A stretch of 64,000 nucleotides of DNA from Spirochaetota bacterium (GCA_965208615.1 CBDBPB010000004.1:480001-544000), one strand, 5' to 3'. Shown: positions 11,479 to 22,295, numbered from the stretch's first letter. Numbers and translations are program-made. The notes: a model not told the origin generated them from the letters alone.

Positions 11479-11862
11479 TTAAGCTACATCAACTTCAACT
11501 GTAGTACCTTCCCATAATCCGTGCTTAGTACAATAACTCATCCCAGTAAGCTTTAGCTTGCTCTTAGTAGGAACAATATTAAATACAGCTTCTGCCTGAG
11601 AAGGCTGATTACCCAATGTACCAGGCGTAAAACTAACATGACCTAAACATGTATCGCCATTCCAAAGCTGGATATAATTAATATAATGATCAAAATCATC
11701 AGGATGCTTATACTCAGCACCAACTCTAACAGCTACAGCAAGCTTTTCTCCTTTTGTTGCCTTAGAATTACAGTGAACAAAAGGCGAATGCCTGTCAATA
11801 TAATCTTTTTTGGCCTCTTTATCTATGGTACTAATATCAACGTATCGTGTTATGTTTGGCAT
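11479..11862 (-). CDS. Superoxide reductase-like (1Fe/neelaredoxin-type, class II SORL) protein
   Basis: DRHSP, HPDDFDHYI and YCTKHGLW supply the His4-Cys iron ligands; strong SD (GGGAG) upstream. Confidence 0.88.
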   Translation of the reverse strand: MPNITRYVDISTIDKEAKKDYIDRHSPFVHCNSKATKGEKLAVAVRVGAEYKHPDDFDHYINYIQLWNGDTCLGHVSFTPGTLGNQPSQAEAVFNIVPTKSKLKLTGMSYCTKHGLWEGTTVEVDVA

Positions 11863-11901
11863 TTTTTACTCCCTATAAATAATGTTTAATATCTAAAATT
11901 A

Positions 11902-11926
11902 ATAAATAATTATCTATCTTTGTCAA
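11902..11926 (-). promoter_or_regulatory. Promoter -35 (TTGACA) with an adjacent Fur/PerR-like palindrome
   Basis: Minus strand reads TTGACA-AAG-ATAGATAATTATTTAT, a near-perfect palindrome upstream of the SOR-like gene. Confidence 0.4.
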
Positions 11927-12006
11927 AAGAAATAGTAATTTTTTTAAGAAAAACCTTTAATATTAAAAAAAAACCCTAAAATAACCTTATTATTATTTTC
12001 CATAGC

Positions 12007-13107
12007 CTAAATATCGTACAAATGATTTAAAACTTTTATACCCTTAACTAATTCTTTATTATCCACCGCAAAAGAAAGCCTAAAATGACTATCTCTCTCG
12101 GAAAATACCGAACCAGGTATAATTAAAAGATTATTAGCAATTGCCCTCTTAACAAACTCCTTAGCGCTATTCATGGGTGACTCTATAAAACAATAAAAAG
12201 CTCCACCCGGTATCACAACATTAAATTCAGGTCTTAAGCTGTCTATTACCAAATCCCGCTTTTTTTTATAATTAGCTATTTCGTCAGATATATCATAATC
12301 CAAATACTTTATAAGAGCCCTCTGAGCAAAAGATGGCGCACATACAAATGTATATTGCTGTAATACAGTCATCTGCTGAATGACCTCTTTTCTACCTACT
12401 GCATACCCTATACGCCAACCTGTCATTCCAAGGGTCTTTGAAAAGCCTCCCAATACTAAAACATTGTCATATAGCGAAGAAATAGATATATATTCTCCAT
12501 CAAACACAAATTTATCATATATCTCATCCGAAATTATAAAAAGATTATGTCTTTTGGCTAGCTCTACTATGTCTAACAACTCTTTTTTAGAGTATACCTT
12601 ACCAGTAGGATTAGACGGAGAGTTTAACAATAATAGTTTAGTCTTTTTGCTAATAACAGCTTCTATTTTATCCGCAGGCAATGAGAAGTCTGGATATGTG
12701 TTTATATATATAGGCACTCCCCCAACTAAATTAACCAAATGCTTATACGATACAAAGTATGGATCAGGGATTATAACCTCATCTCCATTATTAATAAGGC
12801 ATAAAAAACTTAATAGTAATCCCCCGGATACCCCACTAGTAATTATAATATCATCAAGTTGACTGCTTTTTATCTTTTTGAGTAATGTTAATAGTTTATC
12901 TTTTAGCTCAGGTATTCCAGAAGTTAGAGTATATCGATTAAAACCCTCTTTAATAGCCCTAATAGCCTCATCTTTTATTGGATTAGGTATATCAAAGTCA
13001 GGTTGTCCAATACTAAGGTTAATGGGATTCTCTAAAGACCGTGCAAGATCAAATACCTCTCTAATACCCGATGAGTCAATTAAACCCATCCTATCAGCAA
13101 TAAACAT
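12007..13107 (-). CDS. PLP-dependent aminotransferase class I/II (aspartate aminotransferase-like)
   Basis: NLSIGQPDF, NSPSNPTG, ISDEIY and GFSKTLGMTGWRIGY motifs. Confidence 0.93.
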   Translation of the reverse strand: MFIADRMGLIDSSGIREVFDLARSLENPINLSIGQPDFDIPNPIKDEAIRAIKEGFNRYTLTSGIPELKDKLLTLLKKIKSSQLDDIIITSGVSGGLLLSFLCLINNGDEVIIPDPYFVSYKHLVNLVGGVPIYINTYPDFSLPADKIEAVISKKTKLLLLNSPSNPTGKVYSKKELLDIVELAKRHNLFIISDEIYDKFVFDGEYISISSLYDNVLVLGGFSKTLGMTGWRIGYAVGRKEVIQQMTVLQQYTFVCAPSFAQRALIKYLDYDISDEIANYKKKRDLVIDSLRPEFNVVIPGGAFYCFIESPMNSAKEFVKRAIANNLLIIPGSVFSERDSHFRLSFAVDNKELVKGIKVLNHLYDI

Positions 13108-13131
13108 AAATTACCAGCCTTTCTTTATAAA

Positions 13132-13962
13132 TTAATTTTTAAAGGATATGCTCTTTACTCTATCCAAACGTAATCTACGACCTTCTCCCCTCAAAAGACA
13201 ATGACAGTCAATATAAATATTATCATAAAGAAAAACCATACTCGGATTATCTATCTCTCTAGTAGTTAGATTGTTATACTTATCCAAATAGGTTATGACT
13301 AAAGTTAGATTATTCTCTTTAGCAAAACTAATTTTGTCTATATAATCCTTATTAAAACTAAATAACGGCTCTATGTAATTAGCAAAAGAAATAGGACTAT
13401 ATAAATGAGCTAAACTCGAAATATCCGATAACCCTAATCTGTCTATAATATTAAAAAATAGCTTCATAGTAGCAATACTATCATCAAGAGCCCTGTGAGA
13501 GTTGTCTACATTAATCCCCAAAGCCTCTTTTAGATTATCAAGACTATAACCCCTTATATCACTAAAAGTTAACCTAGATAAACGAAGAGTATCATATATA
13601 AAATTACTAGACGGTGAAATATTATACTTTACCAGCTGATAACCAATAAAACAGGTATCAAATGGAGCATTGTGTGCCAGTAAATAATCATTTTTAATAA
13701 AATTATTAAACTCACTTAGTATAAAATCTACCTTAGGGGAACATTTAACCATACTATTGGTTATACCATGAATGGATATAACCTCATCACTAATAACCTT
13801 ATCAGAAAATACTAACGAAGAAAATACATCTATAATCCCTTTTTTAATAGTAAACCTTACTGCGGCAAGTTCTAATATATCATCCTCTAAAGGATTTAGA
13901 CCAGTAGTCTCTATGTCAAAGGAGATAAAGTTAATATCTTTTATATCCACAACAGGTATCAC
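13132..13962 (-). CDS. DEDDh 3'-5' exonuclease (DnaQ-like) fused to a C-terminal WYL-like domain
   Basis: ExoI FDIETTG, ExoII HNAPFD and ExoIII HRALDD; the C-terminus ITY...TTREI...YIDCHCLLRGEGRRLRLDRV matches the WYL pattern. Confidence 0.85.
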   Translation of the reverse strand: MIPVVDIKDINFISFDIETTGLNPLEDDILELAAVRFTIKKGIIDVFSSLVFSDKVISDEVISIHGITNSMVKCSPKVDFILSEFNNFIKNDYLLAHNAPFDTCFIGYQLVKYNISPSSNFIYDTLRLSRLTFSDIRGYSLDNLKEALGINVDNSHRALDDSIATMKLFFNIIDRLGLSDISSLAHLYSPISFANYIEPLFSFNKDYIDKISFAKENNLTLVITYLDKYNNLTTREIDNPSMVFLYDNIYIDCHCLLRGEGRRLRLDRVKSISFKN

Positions 13963-14010
13963 TGATTGGAATTAATTGAAAGCCTTACTCTAATATTTTA
14001 TCAGTAAATT

Positions 14011-14034
14011 AGTTTAGCTATAATCAGCTAAACT
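14011..14034 (-). terminator. Hairpin downstream of the LRR gene
   Basis: AGTTTAGCT-ataatc-AGCTAAACT perfect 9-bp stem. Confidence 0.45.
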
Positions 14035-14117
14035 TAAGCCTAACTAATTAAAAATAACAAAAGATATATAATTCGACTACAGTTTTAATAAAAATAGCCA
14101 ACTGCATATAAACCCAA

Positions 14118-15380
14118 CTAATAGTCTTTAGGAAAGGATGTTGACACTAGACTCCAGGTTATTGTAGGCTTGGTACAGTCAGGTTTTTTTGAACCATCTT
14201 TATTCTTACAAAAGTAGCCTTTTATCTTAATTTTCTCTTCATCGCTAAAGTTAATATTCGTTAAATTAAGCCTTTTCAACTTTGTTAAATTACCAATCTC
14301 TTTTGGCAATGTACTTAGCTCATTATTATTTAAATCAAGATATGTCAACTTTGTTAACTTACCAATCTCTTTTGGCAATGTCTTTAGCTTATTTGCAGTT
14401 AAATAAAGCATTTGCAAGTTTGTTAAATTACCAATACTAGCTGGCAATGTACTTAGCCCATTTTTAGCTAAAGAAAGGGTTTCCAAGTTTGTTAACTTAA
14501 AAATAATAACTGGCAATTTACTTAGCTTATTACCGGTTAAATAAAGGCGTGTCAACTTTGTTAAATTACCAATACTAGCTGGCAATGTACTTAGCTGATT
14601 ATTATTTAAATCAAGTTCTGTCAACTTTGTTAACATAGAAATCTCTTTTGGAAATATCTCTAGCTTATTACTATTTAAACCAAGATATGTCAACTCTTTT
14701 AACTTAAAAATAATAACTGGCAATGTACTTAGCTGATTACCGGCTAAATAAAGGCGTGTCAACTTTGTTAAATTAGCAATACTAGCTGGCAATGTACTTA
14801 GCTCATTACTATTTAAACTAAGGCCTGCCAACTCTTTTAACTTACCAATATTAGCTGGCAATGTCTTTAGCTTATTACCGGCTAAATTAATCTGTTTCAA
14901 TCCCGTAAAAATGGTAATATGCTTATTAAACTCAATAAGTAGTTCATTTGTTAGCCTACCCTCAAAGTCAAGAAGAGGCGTAAGGTGAAGTTTATCAGTA
15001 GCATCCTTGTTAACAGGCATGGTGGCAGAAAGCTTTTCTAACCATTTAGCTGCTGCTACTCTTTTTTTTAGCTCCTCTCCTTTAATACCAGGAAACTCCA
15101 AACATTTATCTACAACTTCTGCTGTTATAGTAATCTCTTTCTTAAGATTAGGATCTGTAATAACATTCACAGGTTCAGTATTTTTATTATTACACTCAGC
15201 TTCTGTTGTTGTAGAGCAGTCTACTTTACCATGATTATCTTTAGTGTATGTTGTTATTTCACATAATTTGTTAGCACTAACATTAGCTATTTTATCAGAA
15301 GCACTATCATCACAGCCTGTATATATGCCTATACTTAAAAATAAACTTAATAAACAAATTAATAAAAACCGTACTTTCAT
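14118..15380 (-). CDS. Leucine-rich-repeat lipoprotein (about ten 23-aa repeats, Leptospira-type C-cap)
   Basis: Signal peptide with lipobox GIYTG-C; repeats LxxLxLxxNxLxxLPxxIxxLxx; C-cap FSDEEKIKIK. Confidence 0.92.
   Translation of the reverse strand: MKVRFLLICLLSLFLSIGIYTGCDDSASDKIANVSANKLCEITTYTKDNHGKVDCSTTTEAECNNKNTEPVNVITDPNLKKEITITAEVVDKCLEFPGIKGEELKKRVAAAKWLEKLSATMPVNKDATDKLHLTPLLDFEGRLTNELLIEFNKHITIFTGLKQINLAGNKLKTLPANIGKLKELAGLSLNSNELSTLPASIANLTKLTRLYLAGNQLSTLPVIIFKLKELTYLGLNSNKLEIFPKEISMLTKLTELDLNNNQLSTLPASIGNLTKLTRLYLTGNKLSKLPVIIFKLTNLETLSLAKNGLSTLPASIGNLTNLQMLYLTANKLKTLPKEIGKLTKLTYLDLNNNELSTLPKEIGNLTKLKRLNLTNINFSDEEKIKIKGYFCKNKDGSKKPDCTKPTITWSLVSTSFPKDY
14255..14900 (-). repeat. 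69-bp coding tandem repeat array (LRR units)
   Basis: GGCAATGTACTTAGC/GGCAATGTCTTTAGC recur with a 69-nt period; the block AAATAAAGGCGTGTCAACTTTGTTAAATTA is identical at 14539 and 14746 (offset 207 = 3x69). Confidence 0.9.
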
Positions 15381-15475
15381 TATTACCTCTTGATTATCTA
15401 CTGAAAGTTAAATTAATCTTTATGATTAATATAACCCCTTTTAAATTAAACAACTATTTTTTATTATAAAATTAG

Positions 15476-16386
15476 TTAATTAGGCAAAAAGAAGATTCTA
15501 CCGTTTTTATCGGCAAATATGATATAGCTTTTATTAACAGTAATTGTGTTTATTGCAGTGTTATGCCTATAAACAATAGTTCTTTTTAGGGTCTTAAGAT
15601 CAACTCTATGTATATAACGATCCCTAAGGCTAACTATCACACTAAAACTAACAGGATTAAAAATAGCATTCCATATAGACTTCTTAAACCTATATTTAGC
15701 TATAAGCTTTTGCTTTTTAATATTCCATATCTTAATATACTTATCCACACTAGCACTAGCCAATAATCGTCCATTAGGACTAAACCCTATAGAGTTAATA
15801 CCCCTGTTATGGCTTTTAATTTTGATGGTCTTTCCGCTGGAGTAGTCCCATAATATAATTCTGTTATCACCCTCACCACCAGCACTAACTAAAAACTGAC
15901 CATTAGGACTAAACACCAATGACCAAACCGAACTATTATGAATATCCATAGTCTTAATGCTATTATTTTTAGGTTCCCACAATATAACTTTATTGTCCGA
16001 CGCACCACTTGCAATCAACATTCTATTAGGATGACTTGCTACAGCGAAAACTATACCATTATGCTCCCTCATAACCTGTACTCTTCTTGTTTTTATATGC
16101 CAAAGCCTAACAGTCATATCACTAGAACAACTTATAATATATTTCCCGTCATAAGACCAGCTAATATCATTTACCACACCAAAATGCCGACCCAATACCC
16201 TAACCTTACGTGAGCTAATATTAACAATACTAACCCGTCCATTTGTATATCCAACAGCAAGACTCCTACTATTAGGGGAGATGGAAATACTATTAATTCC
16301 TTTTTTATACGGTCTAATAGCTTTTATGGGCTTAATATAAGGATAAGAAAGGTTAGCTAAGGAAAGTAGTATAATAACTAAATATT

Positions 16387-16390
<4 letters not shown>
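15476..16390 (-). CDS. Secreted WD40-repeat beta-propeller protein
   Basis: N-terminal signal peptide; repeats such as HxxxVxxVxxSPxGxxxxSxSxDxxVxxW. Confidence 0.9.
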
Positions 16391-17106
<716 letters not shown>

Positions 17107-17151
17107 TATAAATCCCTTTATATTATTTAATCTGTCAATCCGTTAACAGGC

Positions 17152-17724
17152 TTAGCTAGTATATCTTAAAAACTCTTTTTCGAATATATCCCTAAACATC
17201 TTCCTCAAAGCATTATTAACAAGTATGTTATTCTTAGTATCCCAATTAATGATTTCTATATCGTATATCTTTTTATATGCTTTTTTTGCTATTTGCTTAT
17301 CATCAGAAAGTAAATCACTTATCAGCATATAAAGATCATTATTCTCTATTTTTAGATAGTTTAAAAAATCTTCTTTGCTATCACTTTCTATACCCTTATA
17401 CTCCCTTTGCCAATTAATGTTAATTTCATAGTCCTGAGCCGCTAAAAATAGTCTATTTTGTTTATCGCTATTTAGGGATAATTCATCCTTAGCACGCTTA
17501 TAACTTTTTAAGTTTTCTCTCTTCCAAAGACCATGTTTTTGGATAATATAATCAATATACTGGACTTCATTTTGATTAAAAGTATTACGTTTATATATCT
17601 CTAGAGCGTGGAATACCTCTACAAACACCTCATCATTACTTATGTCAAAAGGCTTGCTATTATTGCATCCACTTAGGATTAAAAAAACAACGAGTATTAT
17701 ATTAAAAATCATATTATTTTTCAC
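17152..17724 (-). CDS. Hypothetical lipoprotein
   Basis: Signal peptide ending ILSG-C; helical body with no recognised family. Confidence 0.75.
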   Translation of the reverse strand: MKNNMIFNIILVVFLILSGCNNSKPFDISNDEVFVEVFHALEIYKRNTFNQNEVQYIDYIIQKHGLWKRENLKSYKRAKDELSLNSDKQNRLFLAAQDYEININWQREYKGIESDSKEDFLNYLKIENNDLYMLISDLLSDDKQIAKKAYKKIYDIEIINWDTKNNILVNNALRKMFRDIFEKEFLRYTS

Positions 17725-17873
17725 TAGATATAGTATAGATATTATTTTTCGATAAAAACAATAATAAAATTAATCCTTTTTCTTAAACTTATATAATATC
17801 TTTGTAATTTCTGTTCTATATTGGTTAGTAATGTTAGAAGTCGAAAAGAAAATCAGCTAAAAGAAATATATGC

Positions 17874-18041
17874 CTATACAGTTTTGTTTATAAAATATCC
17901 ACTTGCCAGCCTCATAAGAGCCTGATTAGTCGCACTCTTACCCTGAATAAGAGGCTTAGGCAAAACTACTGTTTTACCTAACAACCTCATTATGGGATAG
18001 TCCATTTGTACCATGTTATATGTTATCATAGTAACGTCCAT
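17874..18041 (-). CDS. Small ORF missed by the track (55 aa), possibly YjfB-like motility-associated protein
   Basis: AAAGGAG SD 6 nt before ATG 18041; MDVTMITYNMVQMDYPIMRLLGKTVVLPKPLIQGKSATNQALMRLASGYFINKTV*; higher GC than the flanks. Confidence 0.6.
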   Translation of the reverse strand: MDVTMITYNMVQMDYPIMRLLGKTVVLPKPLIQGKSATNQALMRLASGYFINKTV

Positions 18042-18246
18042 ATCCATCTCCTTTTTTAAGGTTTATTGTTTTTTTTTAGCCACATTATTTATATAATAAA
18101 ATCGTCATAATTATTAAAGAAATAAATATAAAAAAAACCATTGATAATAGTTTTTAAAATATTAACTTTAGTCAAAAGTATATAGCTAAAAGTATACTAT
18201 TAAAATCGAAAAACATTTTTATTGATAACATAAACAGGCATATAAT

Positions 18247-19644
18247 ATGATAAAGGGTTTATCAATTTTTGGAACTACTTCAGACTCTGGGAAATCCAGC
18301 ATTACCCTTGCACTTTGTAGAATACTAAAAGACTTGGGATATAGTGTTTCTCCGTTTAAGGCTCAGAATATGTCTAATAACTCTGCCGTATGCGATGATG
18401 GCAGTGAAATAGGTAGAGCACAATATCTACAGGCTGAAGTTATAAATTTATATACAAGTTATCATTTAAATCCCATTTTATTAAAACCACAAGGTGATGG
18501 ACTCTCTCAGCTAATTATTAATGGTAAAGTATACGATAATATCTACGTAAAAGATTATTACCGTATTATTGATAAACTAAAGCCTTATGTAATTGATTGT
18601 TATGAATATCTTGCTAATAAGAGTCAGCTTATAATCGCTGAAGGTGCAGGATCACCTGTAGAACTAAATCTTACTAGTAGAGACTTGTCTAACAACTTCG
18701 TAGCTGAATATTTTAATACTCATGTTATCATTGTCGCAGATATTGAAAGAGGTGGTGTATTTGCTTCTATATACGGTAGTTATAATTTGTTGCCCAATAA
18801 AATTAAAAATAACGTAATAGGAGTTATTATAAATAAGTTTAGGGGTGATATCTCCTTGTTCAAAGAAGGAATTAGAATAATTGAAGAAGAGTTTAAACTC
18901 CCTGTATTGGGAGTTATTCCCTATATAAATTTTAACGTTGATATGGAAGACTCTCTTTCTATAAATAATTATGAACAAAATACAAAATGTGATAAAATTA
19001 AGATTGGTGTAATTAAATTCCCTAATATAAGTAATTATAATGATATTGATCCCATTATTGCTGATCCAGAGGTACAAGTCGATTTTATTAAAGATAATCG
19101 TAGTCTTTATAACTATGATCTTCTTTTATTACCAGGTACAAAAACAACCATTAAGGACTTGCAATGGCTAAAGTCAAAGGGACTATTTGATAAAATTAAT
19201 AACTTTAATAAAACTATATTTGCCATTTGTGGTGGGTATCAAATGCTGTTTAGGGCTATTGACGATTTTTATGGCATAGAGAACAGTCACTCAGCTTATG
19301 AAGAGGGGTTTAACTTTATTAATGATAAAGTGATTTTTAAAAAAGAAAAAATATTAAATCGGGGAATATATAATCTTTTTAATATGAAGCTTTCTGGCTA
19401 TGAGATCCGCTGTGGTTATACTAAGTCTTACGATCTTTATTTTAATAGTGGAAAAATATATGGTACTCATGTTCACGGCATTTTTGAGAATGATAATTTT
19501 AGAACTAGTCTATTTAAGCTTATAAATCCTTTGTATAAGGGTTATTCATCCTATAAGAAATATAAGAGTTCCTTAATAAAAGAGTTCACAAACTCTATAA
19601 AAGAGAACATTAAAATAGAAAAAATAATAAACTTAATAAAATAA
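18247..19644 (+). CDS. cobQ: Cobyric acid synthase
   Basis: GTTSDSGKS, PFKAQNMSNNS, EGAGSPVELNL, DIERGGVFA and glutaminase ICGGYQML ... GTHVHGIF motifs. Confidence 0.95.
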   Translation: MIKGLSIFGTTSDSGKSSITLALCRILKDLGYSVSPFKAQNMSNNSAVCDDGSEIGRAQYLQAEVINLYTSYHLNPILLKPQGDGLSQLIINGKVYDNIYVKDYYRIIDKLKPYVIDCYEYLANKSQLIIAEGAGSPVELNLTSRDLSNNFVAEYFNTHVIIVADIERGGVFASIYGSYNLLPNKIKNNVIGVIINKFRGDISLFKEGIRIIEEEFKLPVLGVIPYINFNVDMEDSLSINNYEQNTKCDKIKIGVIKFPNISNYNDIDPIIADPEVQVDFIKDNRSLYNYDLLLLPGTKTTIKDLQWLKSKGLFDKINNFNKTIFAICGGYQMLFRAIDDFYGIENSHSAYEEGFNFINDKVIFKKEKILNRGIYNLFNMKLSGYEIRCGYTKSYDLYFNSGKIYGTHVHGIFENDNFRTSLFKLINPLYKGYSSYKKYKSSLIKEFTNSIKENIKIEKIINLIK

Positions 19645-19649
19645 ACAAC

Positions 19650-19679
19650 TATATACAGTATCTTAAAATACTGTATATA
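19650..19679 (+). terminator. Hairpin after cobQ
   Basis: TATATACAGTAT-cttaaa-ATACTGTATATA perfect 12-bp stem. Confidence 0.55.
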
Positions 19680-19700
19680 AAAAAAGCTTTAGTAAAGAGG

Positions 19701-21542
19701 ATGGCTATGAATGAGATAGCTAAAAGAATAAGGCCTATCCCTATTTATGAGTTTACTAAGATTATCTTAGAAAATGTTAGTAATAAACTACTTATAAATA
19801 AAATTATCAAAAAAGAGTATAGTGATAATAAGTTAAACATACGAATAACGGAATTCTTACTATATAATAAATTACCTATAGATAAAGATGTTAGAGAGAT
19901 TAATATAAATCTCGACAGCCTTAATAATGATTATCTTAACAAATTTTATAATGACTCTTTTGAAGAAAAAGATAATGTGGATATAGAAGATTTTAAAACT
20001 TCTTTTATATTAGAATTTCGTTTATTATTGTCTAACATAAATGACTTTGAAAAAACTAGTGGTTATGAATTAGGTATTAAAAAGTTAGAAATAGCAATTA
20101 TGCTAAGGTTATTCGATGAACTACAAAGACAAGTATTTCAAATTATTATTACTTCTAGTAATTTAAAGACTTATCTAAACAGTTTAAAGTTGGCTAGGGC
20201 ATTAAGAATACCCAAATCGTTAGAAGACTACTATAACCTTGCTAAACAGTATCACATAATTAACTCTATAGAAAAGGCCATCGAACGTATTAATCTAAGA
20301 TATATTGACGAAAATAAAATAACAAAGTTTTATGTATACCCCCCTAATCACAATGACATATTAAGTAATTTAAAACTTATTACTAATATGGATATCCCCT
20401 GTACTAAAATGGAAGAAAACCTTAGAGACCTTGCTAAAAGTTATTGCTCTTTTGAGGTTATTAAAGTTTTTACAAATAACATATATATGTTTGATTTGCT
20501 AAATGCAGTCTGTAAAAATGACTTATACAAAGACGGTCTTAAGAGTTTACTTATAGAATGGCAGGAATCCATGAGTCAGAAACAAAAGTTATTTAATGAG
20601 TTCATAAAAGAGATGATAGAAAAACTATGGTATAAGCGATTAGATATAAATGAACATACTGTTGGAATAATTGGTTTTATTATTTTCATGATTGATGAGG
20701 GTAAGGATCCAAAAGAAATTGATCAACAGGTAAATAATATTTTGGTTAAAATATACGAAGACATTGCCAAAAATAAAAGTATTGAGAATAAACTAAAGGT
20801 GAGAAAGCTTAAGGAGATATCTACTATTAGGGAAAGCTATGGAAATATTAAGGCAGTAATAGAATTCCAACAAATATATAAAGAACTTATTAGTAGTAAA
20901 GTTGATGTTGATAGGCACTTCTTTGAAAATTATTACCAAAAAAAGCCTATTAAATATATGTTTTTAATTTTTTTTGCTTATAAACTAAACGACATTTCTT
21001 TTTTTAAAAAACTTCTTTTAAAGAGTTATAACGAAAATAGAGTATTACGAAACTATGCAAGAGACTTGCTGTATAAAAAAATAGAAGATAACAAAAGGCA
21101 CTTTAATGCGAATAGAGCCGAACTTACAAAAAGTATTTTTAGGGATTACTTTTCAATTATATCAAACGATAAAGAAAGTATTTCTTACCGTAAAGAAGTT
21201 TTACAATATCTTATTAATATTATAATAAGGCCTTCTATTCCTCCGTATGAAGCTTTTTATAGTGATTTAACTGATGTATTTTTGTTTGAGGTAAAAAAGT
21301 TTTTAGATACAAACTTGTTTAATAAGGTTATTACTGGAAAACAGCTTAAGCCATTCGATGAAAGAAAATTAGAAATCTCAAAATACTTTATGGCTGATCA
21401 GTTATTACCTAAGATGCTAAAAGAGCTAACTAAACAAAGAAATAAAGATATTTATCTTAGAAAGATCAAGCTTCGCTTTGGAAACGAATATAAAGCTATT
21501 GAGGATAAATATTATAAAATGGAAAATAAAGTTAGTATATAG
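19701..21542 (+). CDS. Hypothetical helical protein (613 aa), paralog of 23276-24931
   Basis: Long ORF with SD (AGAGG); shares collinear blocks with the 551-aa ORF. Confidence 0.85.
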   Translation: MAMNEIAKRIRPIPIYEFTKIILENVSNKLLINKIIKKEYSDNKLNIRITEFLLYNKLPIDKDVREININLDSLNNDYLNKFYNDSFEEKDNVDIEDFKTSFILEFRLLLSNINDFEKTSGYELGIKKLEIAIMLRLFDELQRQVFQIIITSSNLKTYLNSLKLARALRIPKSLEDYYNLAKQYHIINSIEKAIERINLRYIDENKITKFYVYPPNHNDILSNLKLITNMDIPCTKMEENLRDLAKSYCSFEVIKVFTNNIYMFDLLNAVCKNDLYKDGLKSLLIEWQESMSQKQKLFNEFIKEMIEKLWYKRLDINEHTVGIIGFIIFMIDEGKDPKEIDQQVNNILVKIYEDIAKNKSIENKLKVRKLKEISTIRESYGNIKAVIEFQQIYKELISSKVDVDRHFFENYYQKKPIKYMFLIFFAYKLNDISFFKKLLLKSYNENRVLRNYARDLLYKKIEDNKRHFNANRAELTKSIFRDYFSIISNDKESISYRKEVLQYLINIIIRPSIPPYEAFYSDLTDVFLFEVKKFLDTNLFNKVITGKQLKPFDERKLEISKYFMADQLLPKMLKELTKQRNKDIYLRKIKLRFGNEYKAIEDKYYKMENKVSI

Positions 21543-22295
21543 TTATGCTTTTAGAAACGGAATAGTTGTTTTTATAATAAAGTTAATCTTTTTTTCAGCT
21601 TTTTTTATTTTGATGCTTAGCCTTAGGAGTTCTTTTATTAATAAGGGTTTTTTAATTATTTGTTTAATTAGTTTTGTTAGTTTAACATTTGATTTATTAT
21701 CTATGAAGTTATGAAAATTAATTAGGTTTTCTGTTAGTGTATCAAAGATTGTTCGTATTGAGATAAATGGAACTTTCTTTTCTTTGGCTAATTCTGCTAT
21801 AACATAGCTTTCCATGTCTACAAGTGAAACTGGATAAGAAGATAGCTCTATTTTATCACTACTTTTTAACAGTGGACTTTTTAATGTTAGTCCATTTCTT
21901 ACTTTATAGTTTATATTATGCCTATCAAAAATTGAGGATATTTTCTTTATAACAAGATGGCTTATTGGAATAGCAATAAGACTATTTTTTTGACTTATAA
22001 AATAGACAGCCTTTTGAATTATGAGATCATTAAATTTTAGTTTATCAGATATACCACCAGAAATACCTATAGACATAATAGCAGAAACGCTATATCTATT
22101 TAGAACTTTGCTCAGGTTTATTTCGGTATTCTTTTTACCTATACCAGAAATTAAAACTAAAATATAAACCTGTTTATAATACCCTTCTATTAGTTCCACT
22201 GAGTCAAATGATAGATTTTTGTACATAGTTAGGCTATGCAAAAACATAGATATTTCTTTTTTCAACGCCGAAATTATTAATATAGGTTTAGTCAT
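21543..22295 (-). CDS. Nucleoside phosphorylase / MTA-SAH nucleosidase family (PNP_UDP_1)
   Basis: IISALKKE, SGIGKKN, SIGISGG and VDMES...PFISIRTIFD motifs. Confidence 0.85.
   Translation of the reverse strand: MTKPILIISALKKEISMFLHSLTMYKNLSFDSVELIEGYYKQVYILVLISGIGKKNTEINLSKVLNRYSVSAIMSIGISGGISDKLKFNDLIIQKAVYFISQKNSLIAIPISHLVIKKISSIFDRHNINYKVRNGLTLKSPLLKSSDKIELSSYPVSLVDMESYVIAELAKEKKVPFISIRTIFDTLTENLINFHNFIDNKSNVKLTKLIKQIIKKPLLIKELLRLSIKIKKAEKKINFIIKTTIPFLKA

Noticed and set aside
18050-18246. Cobalamin riboswitch upstream of cobQ
   Set aside because: The leader is short and almost all A/T, with no B12-box or GC-rich stems.
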